Shown piece after piece: positions 37,899 through 50,700 of a stretch of DNA of 64,000 nucleotides. The DNA is taken from the NCBI RefSeq assembly GCF_964194155.1, contig NC_135894.1, positions 13,764,001 to 13,828,000 of the forward strand, in the 5' to 3' direction. Under the pieces are notes generated by a model. The model ran no database searches. It was not told the DNA's origin and saw nothing but the letters and a program-made list of their open reading frames with translations. The first letter of the stretch is position 1; the number at the start of each line of letters is the position of its first letter. The translations under genes and the position numbers were made by a program. This stretch comes from Cetorhinus maximus (lineage: Eukaryota).

Positions 37899-40800
37899 GG
37901 GCTGAATTTTCCCCATCCTTTGGTCATGGATTGGGAGATGGGAAGGCTGCCAGTATGGAGTCTGATGTCTTCCTGTAGCCATAGTGTATTGCCAGTGGCG
38001 GGAACCTCTGCCACATGGATGCCCACTGAGTGGCCAATAGAGGCAATTAATTGCCTGATTTAGAACTGCCTCCTGCCCTTAACAGAGGGGCTGCTGCCAC
38101 GTGGGGAGACCACCAGGTAAACCCTGGAAGCCACCTAGCGGGTTCCAGGAGGCACCCTCCTAGATGAGCACTCCATGGCCCTCAGGAGGATGTCCAGCAT
38201 TAATCCCTGTTCAGTGTTCCAACAATGGAATAGGCCCACACACAGACACACCTGCATGCCTGCCCTGGCCACCAAACACCTCATCTGTCCTCAAGGGCAC
38301 CTCGGCAGTGAGAGAGTGCCCTCTCCTTCGTGCTGTAGGTGCCGCAGTGCCACTACAGGCTCTGGTGGAGCTGAGGCATAAGATCATAAGAAATCAGAAC
38401 ATGAGTAGCCAATTCAGCTTTTTGAGCCCGCTTTGCCTTTTAATAAGATCATAGTCTCAGCTCTGTTTCCTGCCTTCCACCATAACCATTGATCCCATGT
38501 AAATCAAAAATCTCTCTAACTCAGCCTTCATATTCAATGACTCTGCCTCCACTGCTCTCTGGGCTATAGAATTCCCAAGATTAACAACCCTCAGAAGAAA
38601 TTCCTCCTTATCTCTGTATTAAATGGGAGATAGCTTATTCTCAAACTGTGCACCCTGGCTCTAGATTCCCCCACGAAGGGACACATCCACTCAGCCTGTC
38701 AAGCCCCCTTCAGAATCTTATGTGTTTCAATAAGATCGCCCCTCATTCTTCTAAACTTCAATGTATAGAGCCAACCTGCTCAACCTTTCCTTATAAGACA
38801 ACCCTTTCATCCCAGGAATCATCTTAATGAACCTTCTCTGAAAGGCCTCCAATGCATTATATCCCTCCTTAAATTAGGAGACCAAAACTTAGGGCATTGG
38901 TGAGACCACACCTTGTACAGCTGTAGCAAGATTTCCCTACTTTTATACTCCATCTCCCTTGCAATAAAGGCCAACATTCTATTTGCCCTCCTAATTATTT
39001 GCTGTACCTGCATGCTAACTTTTGTGTCTCGTGCGAGAACACCGAAGTCTCTGTACCGCACAATTCTGTGGCTTCACTCTATTTAAATTATATATTTTTT
39101 TTCAAATCTCGCTACTATAGTGGACAGCCTCATATTTTCCCATTTTATACCCGTCTGCCAATTTTTCCCCCACTTACCTAACCTATCTAAATCTCTTTGC
39201 AGGCTCTTTATATCCTCCTCACAACTTACTTCGCTATCCATCTTTTGTATAATCAGCAAATTTGACTACAATACACTCTGTCCCTTCATCCAAGTCACTA
39301 ACGTAGATTGTAAATAGTTGGCGATCCAGCATTGATCCCTGTGACAGGTACAGTTTGCCAACCTGAAAATGACCTATATAGCCAGACTCTGTTTCCTGTC
39401 AGTAAGTCAATCCTCTATCCATGATAATATATTACCTGTACACCAGGATCTCCTACCTTGTGTGTAACCTTTTATATGACATCTTATCAGTCTTTTGGAA
39501 ATCCAAATTACATAACATCTACTGGTCTCCCTTTCTCCATCCTGCCTGTTATATCTTCAAAGATGATAAATTTGTCAAAACACGATTTCCCTTTCATAAA
39601 CCATGTTGACTATGCTTAATTATATTATGATTTTCTAAATGACCTGCTACTGCTTCTTTAATAATAGATTCCAGCATTTTCCCAAAGTCAGATGTTAGGC
39701 CAACTCCTGCTTTCTGTCTCTCTCGTTCCTGAATATGGGCGTTACGCTTGAGGCTTTCCAATCCACTGGGACCTTTCCAGAATCTAGGGAATTTTGGAAA
39801 ATTACAACTAATACATCCACTGTCTCTGTAGCCACTCCCTTTAGGATCCTAGAATGCAGGCCGTCAGGTCCTTGGGATTTGTCAGCCTAGAGTCCCATTA
39901 GTTTACCTGGTACTTTTTGTCTAGTGATTGTGATTGCTTTAAGTTCCTCCTTTTACCTTTTTGATTTTTGATGATTCTTGGGATGCTTTTCATGTCTTCC
40001 ACCATGAAGACAGATACTAGATATTTGTTCAAAGTCTTTGCCATTTCCTTGGTTCCCATTATTAATTTCCCAGTCTCATCTTCTAAGTGACCAATGTTTA
40101 CTTTAGTTACACTCTTTTAATAAACTTGCAGAAGCTTTTACTGTCTTTTTTAATTTCTTACTAGCTTCCTCTCATTCTATTTTATCCTTCATTTTTTTTA
40201 GTCACCCTTTACTGATTTCTAAAGTTTTCCCAATCTTCTGGGTCACCACCAACCTTTCCAGCATTGTATGACTTTTCTTTCAATTTGATACCATCCTTTA
40301 CTTCCTTAGTTATCTACAGATGGTTCATCCTCCTTTGTAGAGTCTTTCTTAAATGTATGCCGCTGTTTATCTACCGATTTTATCTTTTAACTAATTTCTC
40401 CAGTATATTTAAGCAATTCTGTCTTCATATCTATCTAATTACCTTCACTTAAACTTAAGATACATGTTTCTTATCCTCAAACTGAATGTGAAATTGTGAT
40501 CACTCTTCCCTAGAGGATCCTTTACTATAGCATTGTTAATTAATTTTGTCTCATTACACATTAGCAGATCTAAAATAACTTAGTCCCTGGTTGTTTCCAC
40601 AACATATTGTTCCAGGAAACTGCCCTGAATACACTCTATGAATTCATTCTTCAGGCTACCTTCGGCAATTTGATTCATCCAATCTATATGAAGCTTAAAA
40701 TCTCCCATGATTATTGCAGTACCTTTCTTGCAAGCCCCTATTATTTCTTGATTATACTCTGTCTCATTATGTAGCTACTATTAGGGAGCGTATAAACTAC

Positions 40801-42507
40801 TCCTACCAGTGATCCCTAGCTATTTCTTATCTTCACTCAAACTGAATCTACCTCTTGATCTTCCGAGCCAAGATTATTTCTCACCACTGTACTCATCGCA
40901 TCCTTTATTAACAGAGCTACCCTATGTCCTTTCCTTTCTCCTATCCTTGTGAAATGTCAAATTCCCTTGAATACTCAGTTTCCAGCCTTGGTCACCTTAC
41001 TATCATATCTTTGTAATGGCTATGTTATCATATATCTATCTTGTTATGAACGCTGTTTGCATTCGGATAAAGAACCTTTGATTCTGTCTTTTTAACCACC
41101 TCTTTCAACTACTATCCTATTTGATGGTGCACTCTTATGTTTGTACACTGTCCCTCCCTGTAATGCTCTGGTTATCACTTCCTATGTCACTACCCTGCAA
41201 TATTGCCTTATTCTTTCTGGTTAACTTTCTAAGTTTCCCCTCACTTGAAGGCTCCCATTCACCATTTAATTTAAAGCCCTTCCTACAGTGCTAGTTATTT
41301 GACCAGTAAACTGGTCTCAGCGTGGTTCAAGTGAAGCCCCTCCCAACGGTACAGCTTCCTTTTTCGCCAGCACTGGTCACTATGCCTTTGGTACCCACAT
41401 GAACCACAACAACTGGATCCTTCCCCTTCCATTCCAGGTTCATCTCCAGTCCCGAGGAGGTGTCGTTATCCCTAACACCGGGCAGGCAACACATCCCTTG
41501 GGGCTCATGCTCTCAGCTGTAGAGAATAGTATCTATCCCCCAAGCTATACTGTGCCTACTATTACTATATTCCTTTTCACTCATCCAACTTTAGTGGCCT
41601 GTTTGCTTATCCTCCCTGCAGTCCCTGGTCTCATCCATGCAGAGTATTGTAGCTGTTAGATAAGTGCATGGGCTGGGGCTCCTCCACAGCTACATTCTGG
41701 ATCCCCATAACTGCCTCACTTGTAGTCACATTCTCCTGTCCCTGACCACAAACCAAATGTGAAGTACATACCCGAGGGAGTGTGACTGCCTCCTGGGACA
41801 AAGCGTCCAGGTAACTTCCCCCCTCCCTGATGCATCACTGTGTCCGATGCTTATGCTCCAGCTCGTTAACTCTGAGCCGAAGTTCCTTGAGCTGCAGGTA
41901 TTTACTGCAGGTGTGGCTGCTGTGGATCATGCTAGTGTATCACCTGCCCTGCCCCCTCTTTTGTATTGTCTTTAAGCTTAGAGTTTTAAGTCTAGTAATA
42001 TTATTGAATGATTATTTGTAGTTGTATTACGGAGTTTAACTAGTAGTTATAAATTTACTACAGTACTTAGATTGCCCCAGTCCTAGTTTAAACAACTGCC
42101 CTAATTTCGAGAAAAAAATATGAAAACTCAGCTACCTGCTCACCTAATTAATGCCTTGAGACCTCAGGTCTCGCTGCCTCTCGTTTTCTCACTCTCAGAT
42201 CACTCCTTGTCTTGTAAAAGACCAGAGCAGCACCTCCTTCCCTCACTGCGCCGAATTCCCTCACCCACCAAGTTTCTCAATTATGTACTTTGTAAAATCT
42301 GTACTGTGCCAAGTTGCACTCTGTGCTCCTTACTCTGATTGGACCAGCAGCTCTGGGAGTAGCGGGTTACTGTCCTCAGTTGGATGGCGACCCTGACGGC
42401 AATCTGATAATTGGCCATCAGCCGTAAAATGCTACCTCAGAATCCTGCCGCCTGTTGGAGTGGGTGGGCTCCAGCAGGACTTGATTCTCTTCAGGAAAAT
42501 TCAGCCC
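37899..42507. mobile_element. Harbinger-type MITE split by a CR1 insertion
   Basis: Perfect 14-bp TIRs gggctgaattttcc (37899-37912) and ggaaaattcagccc (42494-42507). Confidence 0.8.
38377..42335 (-). mobile_element. Near-full-length decayed CR1 LINE
   Basis: Minus strand runs from the 5' UTR and ORF1 (leucine-zipper and GTKG/esterase remnants, 41.3-41.95 kb) through endonuclease and RT remnants (SMQVQQIIRRANRMLAFIAREMEYKS) to a cataagatcataag tail. Confidence 0.9.
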
Positions 42508-43033
42508 ATGGGATTTTATTAGCATTGAGTTTCAAAAGAAAAACTTTTCCTGAAGAATTTGTATTGACCAGCTCCATGCTGCTTTCTGCCATAGCAGAGA
42601 GGAACACAATATATTTGCTAATAATAATTTTACAGTGCACTGTTTTGGATAGTCTCAGAAGAGGACAAGGTGTTTATACAAGTATGTTCCATTGTTACCT
42701 AACTATAGGCAGAAGATATTGTTGCTGGAGTTATCATACAAGTGCTTCTACCTGTACCATATTCATCTCTCTCTACTATTTTAATAGAGGCGCTAGATAA
42801 ACTGCTTAACACCTAAGCTGCCAGAGGAGGAATTTTATGTTGTAAAATAGGCTTGTCTAACCTTTTCACATGGGAGGCCACGTTTCAAACTTCTTCTCAC
42901 TCAAGGCGCCGACGAGCAAATTTCAGAAAGATAAAGTTTGGCACAACATTAAACATGAATTTCAAAAAAATGAGGCATGAAAAGAATCACCTTGCTGAGC
43001 TCAAAGCAATGATGTTTCCCCTGACGTGCGAAA

Positions 43034-43097
43034 TGTCCTGATGAGTTCAAGACAAAAAGTTTCAACAGAAAAATCTCATTTTTTCAGCAATACTCAA
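43034..43097 (+). mobile_element. Solo Penelope 3' tip with decayed hammerhead
   Basis: tgtc-CTGATGA-gttcaagac-AAA-AAGTTT-C-aaca..tttttcagcaatactcaa matches 5875-5936. Confidence 0.7.
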
Positions 43098-43189
43098 AGC
43101 AATGAATTGATAAAATGTTGGTAATAAACAGAGGTGAATATTGGAGTATGATAGGGCGAGTGTGTCTGTTTCCAGCTTACTCCCAATCT

Positions 43190-43456
43190 TAGTGCTCGCT
43201 CACTCACTCTCACCCACTGTGAGATTGGATGAGAGTGCATGTTGGTGTGCGGGAGTGAGGGGAATGAGAACCCTGAGACTGAGAGTGAGCCGGACTTACA
43301 CTCACTCACTCAATCTCTCCCCTCCCCCATACGCACGCACTCACTCACTCACTCTCTCCCCTCCCCCTCATGCACTCACTCACTCCCCTCCCCCTCACAC
43401 TCACTCTTTCTCTTTCTCCCCCTCACACTCTCACTCTTTCTCTTTCTCCCCCTCAC
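43190..43456. repeat. Low-complexity CA/CT-rich tract with a short tandem duplication
   Basis: (cact)n runs, and ctcactctttctctttctccccctcaca present twice. Confidence 0.75.
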
Positions 43457-43459
43457 ATC

Positions 43460-46400
43460 GGGTGTGTTCAGTGGTGTGAGTGGACAATATGGCGCGATCG
43501 ATTTCACAATGGTGTGAAACAAGTCGGCCACCAATGGCGGGCTGCGTGTCTCGCCATTGGACGTCGGGAATCTCGTTGTGATATCTGCATCTCGTTGTTC
43601 AGCCAGCTCACCGGAATCGTGTCTCCCCGCACCCTGCCCTTGCTGGATTGTACGTCCATGACGGTGAGAGCGCACGCCGACGTGTTTCACAACAGCAAAT
43701 GAAAAGCGTGCACTTGGCAGGCTGCACTTTGAGGGAAGTCGCAGGTGAGAGCACAGCACTGATGTGCAGCTCTCGCCAAGGTTGCCTGTTGGACTTCAAG
43801 CTTGAGGTGCATTGGGGGCGGTGGGGGTATTAAGGTCTGCTTTGCGAATGAGGTGATTTGTGGCAGGGGCAAGGGCAGCCCTGCCGTTGAGGTGACTTGC
43901 GGAGGTGGAGGGAGGTGGGGCAAGGGCTGCCTTGCAGTTGAATATCGCACACAAGCATTCGGGATGAGGGGGCTAGGGTGGGCGAGGGAAGCGGCCACAC
44001 ATTAGGGACACCTTATATAAAGTGACCATTCCTCTGCAGCTGAGACAGTTCAGGCGCAGCCACATTGATGCAATCGGAGTCGGGCTTCTAGCTTATCTGC
44101 CCACTCAAGCAACGCAGAGGCATGAAAGTGCCACCAAGTGCTCCAAAGCTTTTCACCCCACCCCGGCACAGGCTGCAAAGTGTTTTAGTGGACTACAGAA
44201 CAGTTCAACAACTGCACATGTACAGAGACCTTGCTAAATCTGGCCATGGAGCAGTCATTGGTGAAGGCGCTCGCAGCCCCTTGTGATGTCAGCATCCCGG
44301 TTTGGACCAGTCTCCCCCACGGTTCAAGTGCAGCCTTGCAATGCAGGTTAGGAGAATGCCTGTGTCTGAGCTGACAGCACAGCATGAAGTCCAGTGAGCA
44401 AAGTTGAAGCCAATTGTCGGGTGGAGTGGGGCGGAGGTGGGTGGGGTTTCGGGCAGCCATGCAGCGCACTAATCTCTAGCCATCCAATGGTGGCCAGCAC
44501 TCTCTGGGAAGCATTAAGGGGCCTTCAGACGTAACCAGGCTAGGTTTTTAGTACACCCAAGCTAACCTACATGTCTCTCTTTCATCCTGCAGAAGCAGAA
44601 CATCAGAAGCATGGAGCCTGGTGAATTAACTGTATGCCTAATGGCCTACAGAGAGTGAAGGCGATGGAGGAGAGAGTGACTGAGGTGCCTGGCTGCGCAG
44701 AGGGAGGAGCAGCACCCTCTGGAAAAAGGGGGGGCTGGGTCTCCTGCACATGCTGCTGAAGAGCCACAGCGAGCCATCGCTGGTCGGTGCCTAGCAACAC
44801 GCAGGATCTATAGATGACATCTTTCATTCCTCCAGAAGACCGAGAATCAGTGTCGCCGAAGACTGGGCATGTCCAGGGAACTGGTCGCTAACATCTGCCA
44901 GCTACTGCAGGATTTGGAGCCACGCAGACATGGAGGGCATCTACTGCTAGTGGCCGCAAGAGTGACCGTGGTGCTCAGTTTCTATGCCAGTGGCTCCTTT
45001 CAGGGCTCCACAGGTGACCTCTGTGGGATGTCACAAGCCTCCACCCACAAATGCATCCATGAGGCCACAGATACCACCTTCATGAGGGCACCTAACTCTT
45101 TGCATTTTGCCCTGGACCAGGACGGCCAGGATGTAAGAGCGATTGGATTCGCCCAGATCTCGGGTTTCCCACAGGTGTAGGGTGCGATGGACTGCACTCA
45201 TGTGGCACTCAGATCTCCATCGCAACACACAGTGAACTACATCAACCACAAGGGGTTCCATTTGCTGAATGTGCAGCTGGTGTGCAACCACCAGAAACGC
45301 ACCCTGCTGGTGTGTGCACTGTTTCCAGGGAGTGTGCCTGATTCCTACATCCTCGGTCAGTCACAGATCCCTCAAGTCTTCCAGGGCCCACAGAGGCTGC
45401 AGAGATGGCTCCTTGGGGATAAGAGCTACCTGCAGAGGCCGTGGCTGATGACACGTGCGGCAGCCTCAGACTGCAGCAGAGCGACGCTATAATGAGCCTC
45501 ATACTGCAACTCGCAACTTGGTGGAGCAGACCATCGGGATGCTGAAAATGAGGTTCTGGTACCTGGACTGGTCTGGCAGAGCCCTGCAATACAGTCCACA
45601 GAGGGTGTCAAGCATTGTCGTCACCCGCTGTGCTCTTTACAACCTGGCGCTGCAACGGGGGGATGAGCTGGCTGAGGAGGAAATGCAGGAGCTGGAGGTC
45701 TCCTCCGATGAGGAGGATGCCGATGGGAATGAGGGTGACCAGGGCTTCGAAGACACTAGCTAGGCGAGGCAGGCGCAATTGGGAGGCCCTCATCGCTGCT
45801 AGATTTGTAGAGGATGATGACATGCAGTGAAGAGACAGAGATCCTCACATTGCATCTGTGAACGTTTGACTCCTGTCTGGCTTATGGCAGCTCACATATC
45901 CTCTGTGATAATGCTCCTGTCATGGAGACGCAGTGGAGGCCCTAATAGTCACTCGATTGCAGGAGGATGGTGATGACATAGGACACTCCATAGATCTTCA
46001 CATAGCCTCTGAGAATGCCTGACTCCTGTCTGGCTGAGGGCAGCTCGCTTGCGCTCCATGATCAGGGTCATATCATGGAGATGCAGACGTGAAACTTTAA
46101 AAGCACCTGATCCTTTGTCTGCCTTCAGCACCTGAGCCGTTAAGGAGCTGGTGCACAGCATCACTGGTCACAGATGCTGGTGTGACAGGGGCCAGCCCCA
46201 TTTTTAAAAGTGCTGAGAGCACACGGAGAGAATGACGGAAAGCTGTGACGCCTGCCCACTACATTCTGGCAGCAATGACAAACACCGGCAAGGTGCAGGC
46301 ATCAGTAATATGTCCAGGGAACGTGAGGCTGGACCATAACTTTGGTCAGAAGGTTGCACAAAGCACAGGGAAGAGGCCCTGGACTGAGACAGCTGCCTTT

Positions 46401-46500
46401 ATCTTGTGCAGAAAGGCTTCACATCTGAGTGACACAAACACACTGCTTCTCTCTTACTCTCTCACTCATTCTCGTAAGCCTATCAGCAGCAAGTGCAGGG
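43460..46500 (+). mobile_element. PIF/Harbinger transposon, truncated; ends not found
   Basis: GC-rich block surrounding the transposase pseudogene; boundaries set by base composition only. Confidence 0.6.
44611..45830 (+). pseudogene. Harbinger (HARBI1-like) DDE transposase pseudogene
   Basis: RIYR..SFLQ..QCRRRL.MSRE, FYASGSFQ, GFPQV*GAMDCTHV, YINHKGFHLLNVQLVC, FPGSVPDS, LLGDKSY, RNLVEQTIGMLKMRF. Contains in-frame stops and frameshifts near 45455 and 45600-45760. Confidence 0.92.
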
Positions 46501-46943
46501 AGGAAGCAGCTTGTAATTGGCTGAGCCACTTTACAATATTTTTCAAATGTAAGTCAGTTGGATGTCCACCAAGTTTGGTGAGCCAAGACCAGAGGCCTCA
46601 GGGGCTGCAATGCGGCCCATGGGCTGAGTTGGACAAGCCTGCTACACAGTAAGATCAGTGAAAGTGGCTTCTATTCTTGTGTGGCTGAATTTATCAATGG
46701 AAAAGAACATTTGGGTTAGTTTAACACAGGAGTTTACCGAACATTTAACTTATGTTTATAAAATCTGAGAAAATTTTTGACTTTCTTTGTGTCTTGAAAT
46801 GTATTTGTCTTAAATTACATGAAAATTACATCGAGGTCATATTAATGATCCTAAAATGCAGCGATTCATAATTAGCTTTTGGAATACTAATCACTGTGTA
46901 AATCAGGCGCTCATAACCAACAGCTTCAGCTCTGACAATGCAG

Positions 46944-47757
46944 CGTCGAGAAGATATAATAATGTCTATAATGCTATTGGAAATTATTTTAAAATAGAGT
47001 TCTAGTGGTGTGTGTGTGTGTGTCTTAATTGGATTAAAGCCAGCTGGTCTAGAGGCTTTGATGTATAGATGAGAAATAGATTTGAAATGGTAAGTAGGTA
47101 AACATAGGAAGGTTACAAGGTCAAGTGACAAGGGGGTAATTTGCATTTTTAAATATACCATTCAAAAGAATGGGTGAAATATTACACCTAGCCAGAAGAA
47201 GCTAATGTGTTTACTTTTCCAAAGCTTCCTAATAAAATTGGTGTTATGAAAGGGTTTTATTGTTAGAAGTGGCAAAGTTCAAAAAAGCTGGTGATACAAT
47301 AAGAATTTGCATTCAAAGTGGAAAATATGTATAAAGGAAGAGAAGGCTGTTGGTAAAAGAAGATCTAAAGCCTCCAGCCTGTAAGCCTCAAGCCGCTGTC
47401 TGTCCCAGAGCTGAAAGAAACTCATTTTGAATTTGACTGTCCAGAGTGTGCTTTGCCAGGTCTCTGTTTAAATCTGTGTTTTACTGTTGCCTTAACGGAG
47501 GTGTAACTGAGAGTCCGTTTAATTAGGGGATTTTTTTTTAGAAGTTATTATCATAGTAATTTGTAGATCTATGTATGTGCTTATAATATTTTAATAGATA
47601 TTTAATTTAGTTTTATTAAAACTTCTTGAGACTCGGTTTTATTATAACTGAATTCAAAGCCTGCATCTCAAAACGCAAAAATTGGTTATGACAGTTGTTT
47701 CAAGTGTCCCTCTGGGATTTGAACAACTCAGCATTCACCATTGGTTGTGTCATAATA
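46944..47757 (+). repeat. 5' LTR
   Basis: Direct repeat of 52632-53486. Confidence 0.9.
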
Positions 47758-47759
47758 AC

Positions 47760-47776
47760 TGGGGCTCATCCGGGAT
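47760..47776 (+). promoter_or_regulatory. Primer-binding site, tRNA-Pro type
   Basis: TGGGGCTCATCCGGGAT, 2 nt after the LTR; the canonical PBS-Pro is TGGGGGCTCGTCCGGGAT. Confidence 0.85.
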
Positions 47777-50700
47777 ATATTTGAATTTCTTTTGATTTTT
47801 TTTTTGGAGTTGCTGAATCTTAAGGCTATGAGTACAAGAAGCACTTTGAATTCAGGAGTTGGTGTGAGGTATCTTTGAAATGGTGAGAATGAAAAAACGG
47901 CTGTATCCATAGCTAAATGTTTTTTGGAAGCAGAAGATATAACTCTGGGTTACAGAAAGTATCCAAGAGTGAGTTAACAGAGTTAGCGGATAAATTACAA
48001 TCGGGGTTACGTGCGGGATCTAGGAAAGCAGATATAATTGAAGGTATTGCACAGCATTTGAAGTTAGAAGTGATTCCTGACACAAAGACTTGAGTCAAAG
48101 CTGGAGGTCGTGAGACTTCAGTTAGAAATGAAGGAAGCTTGAATTTGAACAAGCAAAAGAAATGAAAAAACTTGAGCCAGAGGCAACAGAAAAGGAAAGG
48201 GCAGAAAGAGAAAACAAAAGGGCATTTCAAGGGGAGCAAGTGGAAAGGCAGGAGAAAGAAAGGAAGCTGCAACTGGAATTCCAGGCAAACGAGAAGGACA
48301 AAGAAAGAGGCAAGGGAAAGAGAGAAGAAAAGAGAAAGGACATACCTGCTTAAAAGGCTGGAAGTTTAAAAAAAGAGACCTCAGATTCTGAGGAAAATTC
48401 TGATAATGAAAAAATGTCTAACCTAAAACACAGTGGAGAGGATGTTTAAACTTGTACAAGCTCTTCCAAAGTTTGAGGGAAAAGATGTTGAAGCATCCTT
48501 TATTTCATTTGAGAAGATAGCTAAACAGATGAAACGGCCACAGGAAAAGTGAACATTGTTGTTACAATCCAGGTTGGTGGGTAGAGCACATGTGGTATAT
48601 GCGTCACTGTCAGAAGAAATATTGATGAATTATGACATGGTAAAAAAGGCTATTTTGAGTGCATATGAGTTGGTTCCTGAGGCATACAGGCGGAAATTTA
48701 GGAATATAAGAAAACAGCCTCGGCACACTTATATTGAGTTTGAAAGAGTAAAACAAAGTAATTTGGACCGGTGGATGCGGGCATTAAAAATAGAGACAAC
48801 ATATGCAGCTCTTAGAAAATTAATTCTTTTGGTGGTTTCCAACAGTAATACAAGCAGGAGAGATAGCTGATGATTATGAGTTAGTTCATGGAACTAAACC
48901 TTTTGTTTTTGTCACCCTTTCAAATTTGAAAAGAATAGAAAGTGGGAAGCTGAAAGGAAGGTGGATATTCAGAGAAGCAAAGGAGTAGCTGGAAATTGCT
49001 AGGACGTTTTTTTCTCAGAATAAGAAGGAAGGTGCTGAGGGTAGAAGTGACATTTGAAAATTGAGGCGTTTCCATTGTAATAAAGTTGGGCACAAATTCA
49101 GTGTTTGCTGGAAATTCCAGGGAAAATCTGTTGGAATTATAGGGTGCAGAAAAGTACTGGAAGAAAGAGTTCTGAGGTTCAGGCACAGGAAAATACAGTT
49201 TGTGTACAGGTAAAACAGGAAGAATCAGTGATAGGTAAAGAAGTTGGAATGTCTTCACAATTTATCCAAGAGAATTCTGAAGAGCAGGTTGCAGAAATAT
49301 TTAGAGATTTTATATACGAAGGGAAGGTCTTTCCATGTGTGCAGGGTGGAGTAGGTAAAGATGTTAAAATTTGAAGAGACACAGGGGCTAGTCGATACTT
49401 AATGTTGTGGGATAGTGATATTTGTTGTTCAGAGGAAGTATTGCTGGAACAAGTGATAATAAGTGAGATTCATGGAGACGCTAAACTATTGCTTTGTGAA
49501 AGGTAAATTTAAAGAGTAAGTGGAAAACTTGTGAAGGGACTGTTGGAGTGGTGGAAAAATTGCCAATTGCAGGGATTCAATTTGTTCTGGGTAATGATAT
49601 AACTGGATCACAGGTGTGAGTGATGTCTTTGGAAGTTGAGCAGCCTGTAGAAGTGTTTTCAACAGGGATGTTGCAAAAGGAGCATCCTGGATTGCTTACA
49701 GATTTGAGTGATAACGAGATCACAGGCACATAAGTTGAAACAAGAAAAAACAAGAAGGACAGGCAGTTCAAAGGCAGGAAGGAGGTATTGAAATCCAATT
49801 AGCAGGCACTGTGTTTGATAACAACATTGTTCTGGAAGATACAGCAGAGAAAAAGGCAGTTGAGGTGTTTAGCTCAAGATAGTGAAGTTCCAGAAAAAAA
49901 AAGATTTGCAATTAAAACAGTTATATCAGACAGCTTACTCAGGAACAGAGGCAAAATGTATTCCAGAATGTTATTACCTTAAGAGTATATTTTAAAGAGA
50001 AAGTGGAGGCTGGATCATGTCTTAGCAAATGAAAACTGGAGGGAGGTACATCAGATTGTTATCCCAGTTGGGTATAGAAATGAGATTCTGAGGATTGCTC
50101 ATGAAATTTCAATGAGGGGACATTTAGGAATTAGGAAAACACCAGGTGAAAATACAGAAATATTTTTATTGGCCTGGTTTGCATAGGGATGTAGTCAAAT
50201 TCTGTAGAACATGTCACACATGTCAGGTGAAAGGGAAACCGCAAGCAGTGATTAAGCCGACACCTTTAATCCCAATTCCAGCATTTGAAGATCCTTTTAC
50301 TAGGGTCATGATTGATTGCATTGGACCTCTCCCTAAGACTAAAATTGGAAATCTGTATTTACTGACAATAATGGATGCGTCCACCAGATTTTCTGAGGCA
50401 ATACCTCATTGCAGCCAAGAAGATTGTGGAAGAGTTAACTTAATTTTTTTTACAAGATATGGTTTACCTAAGGAAATGCTATCAGATCAGGTTTCAAATT
50501 TAATGTCACAGCTGTTTAAGGAAGTAATGAACAATTTGGGCTTTTGAACTAGTTTATGGTCATGAGGTAAGGGGACCACTAAAATTGATTCATGAGAAAT
50601 AGGTGGGTCAAAATTCAGAAACTACTCTCCTGAATTGCATATCAAACTTCAGAGAGATTATACAGAGCATGTAAGTTGGCTAGGGAACGTTTAAATATAT

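Noticed and set aside
43094-43759. Overlapping Ser/Leu/Pro/His-rich ORFs
   Set aside because: They derive from CT/CA repeats and GC-rich transposon sequence and show no recognisable domain.
44611-45830. Domesticated HARBI1 host gene
   Set aside because: Multiple stops and frameshifts in transposon-like surroundings indicate a dead transposase copy.
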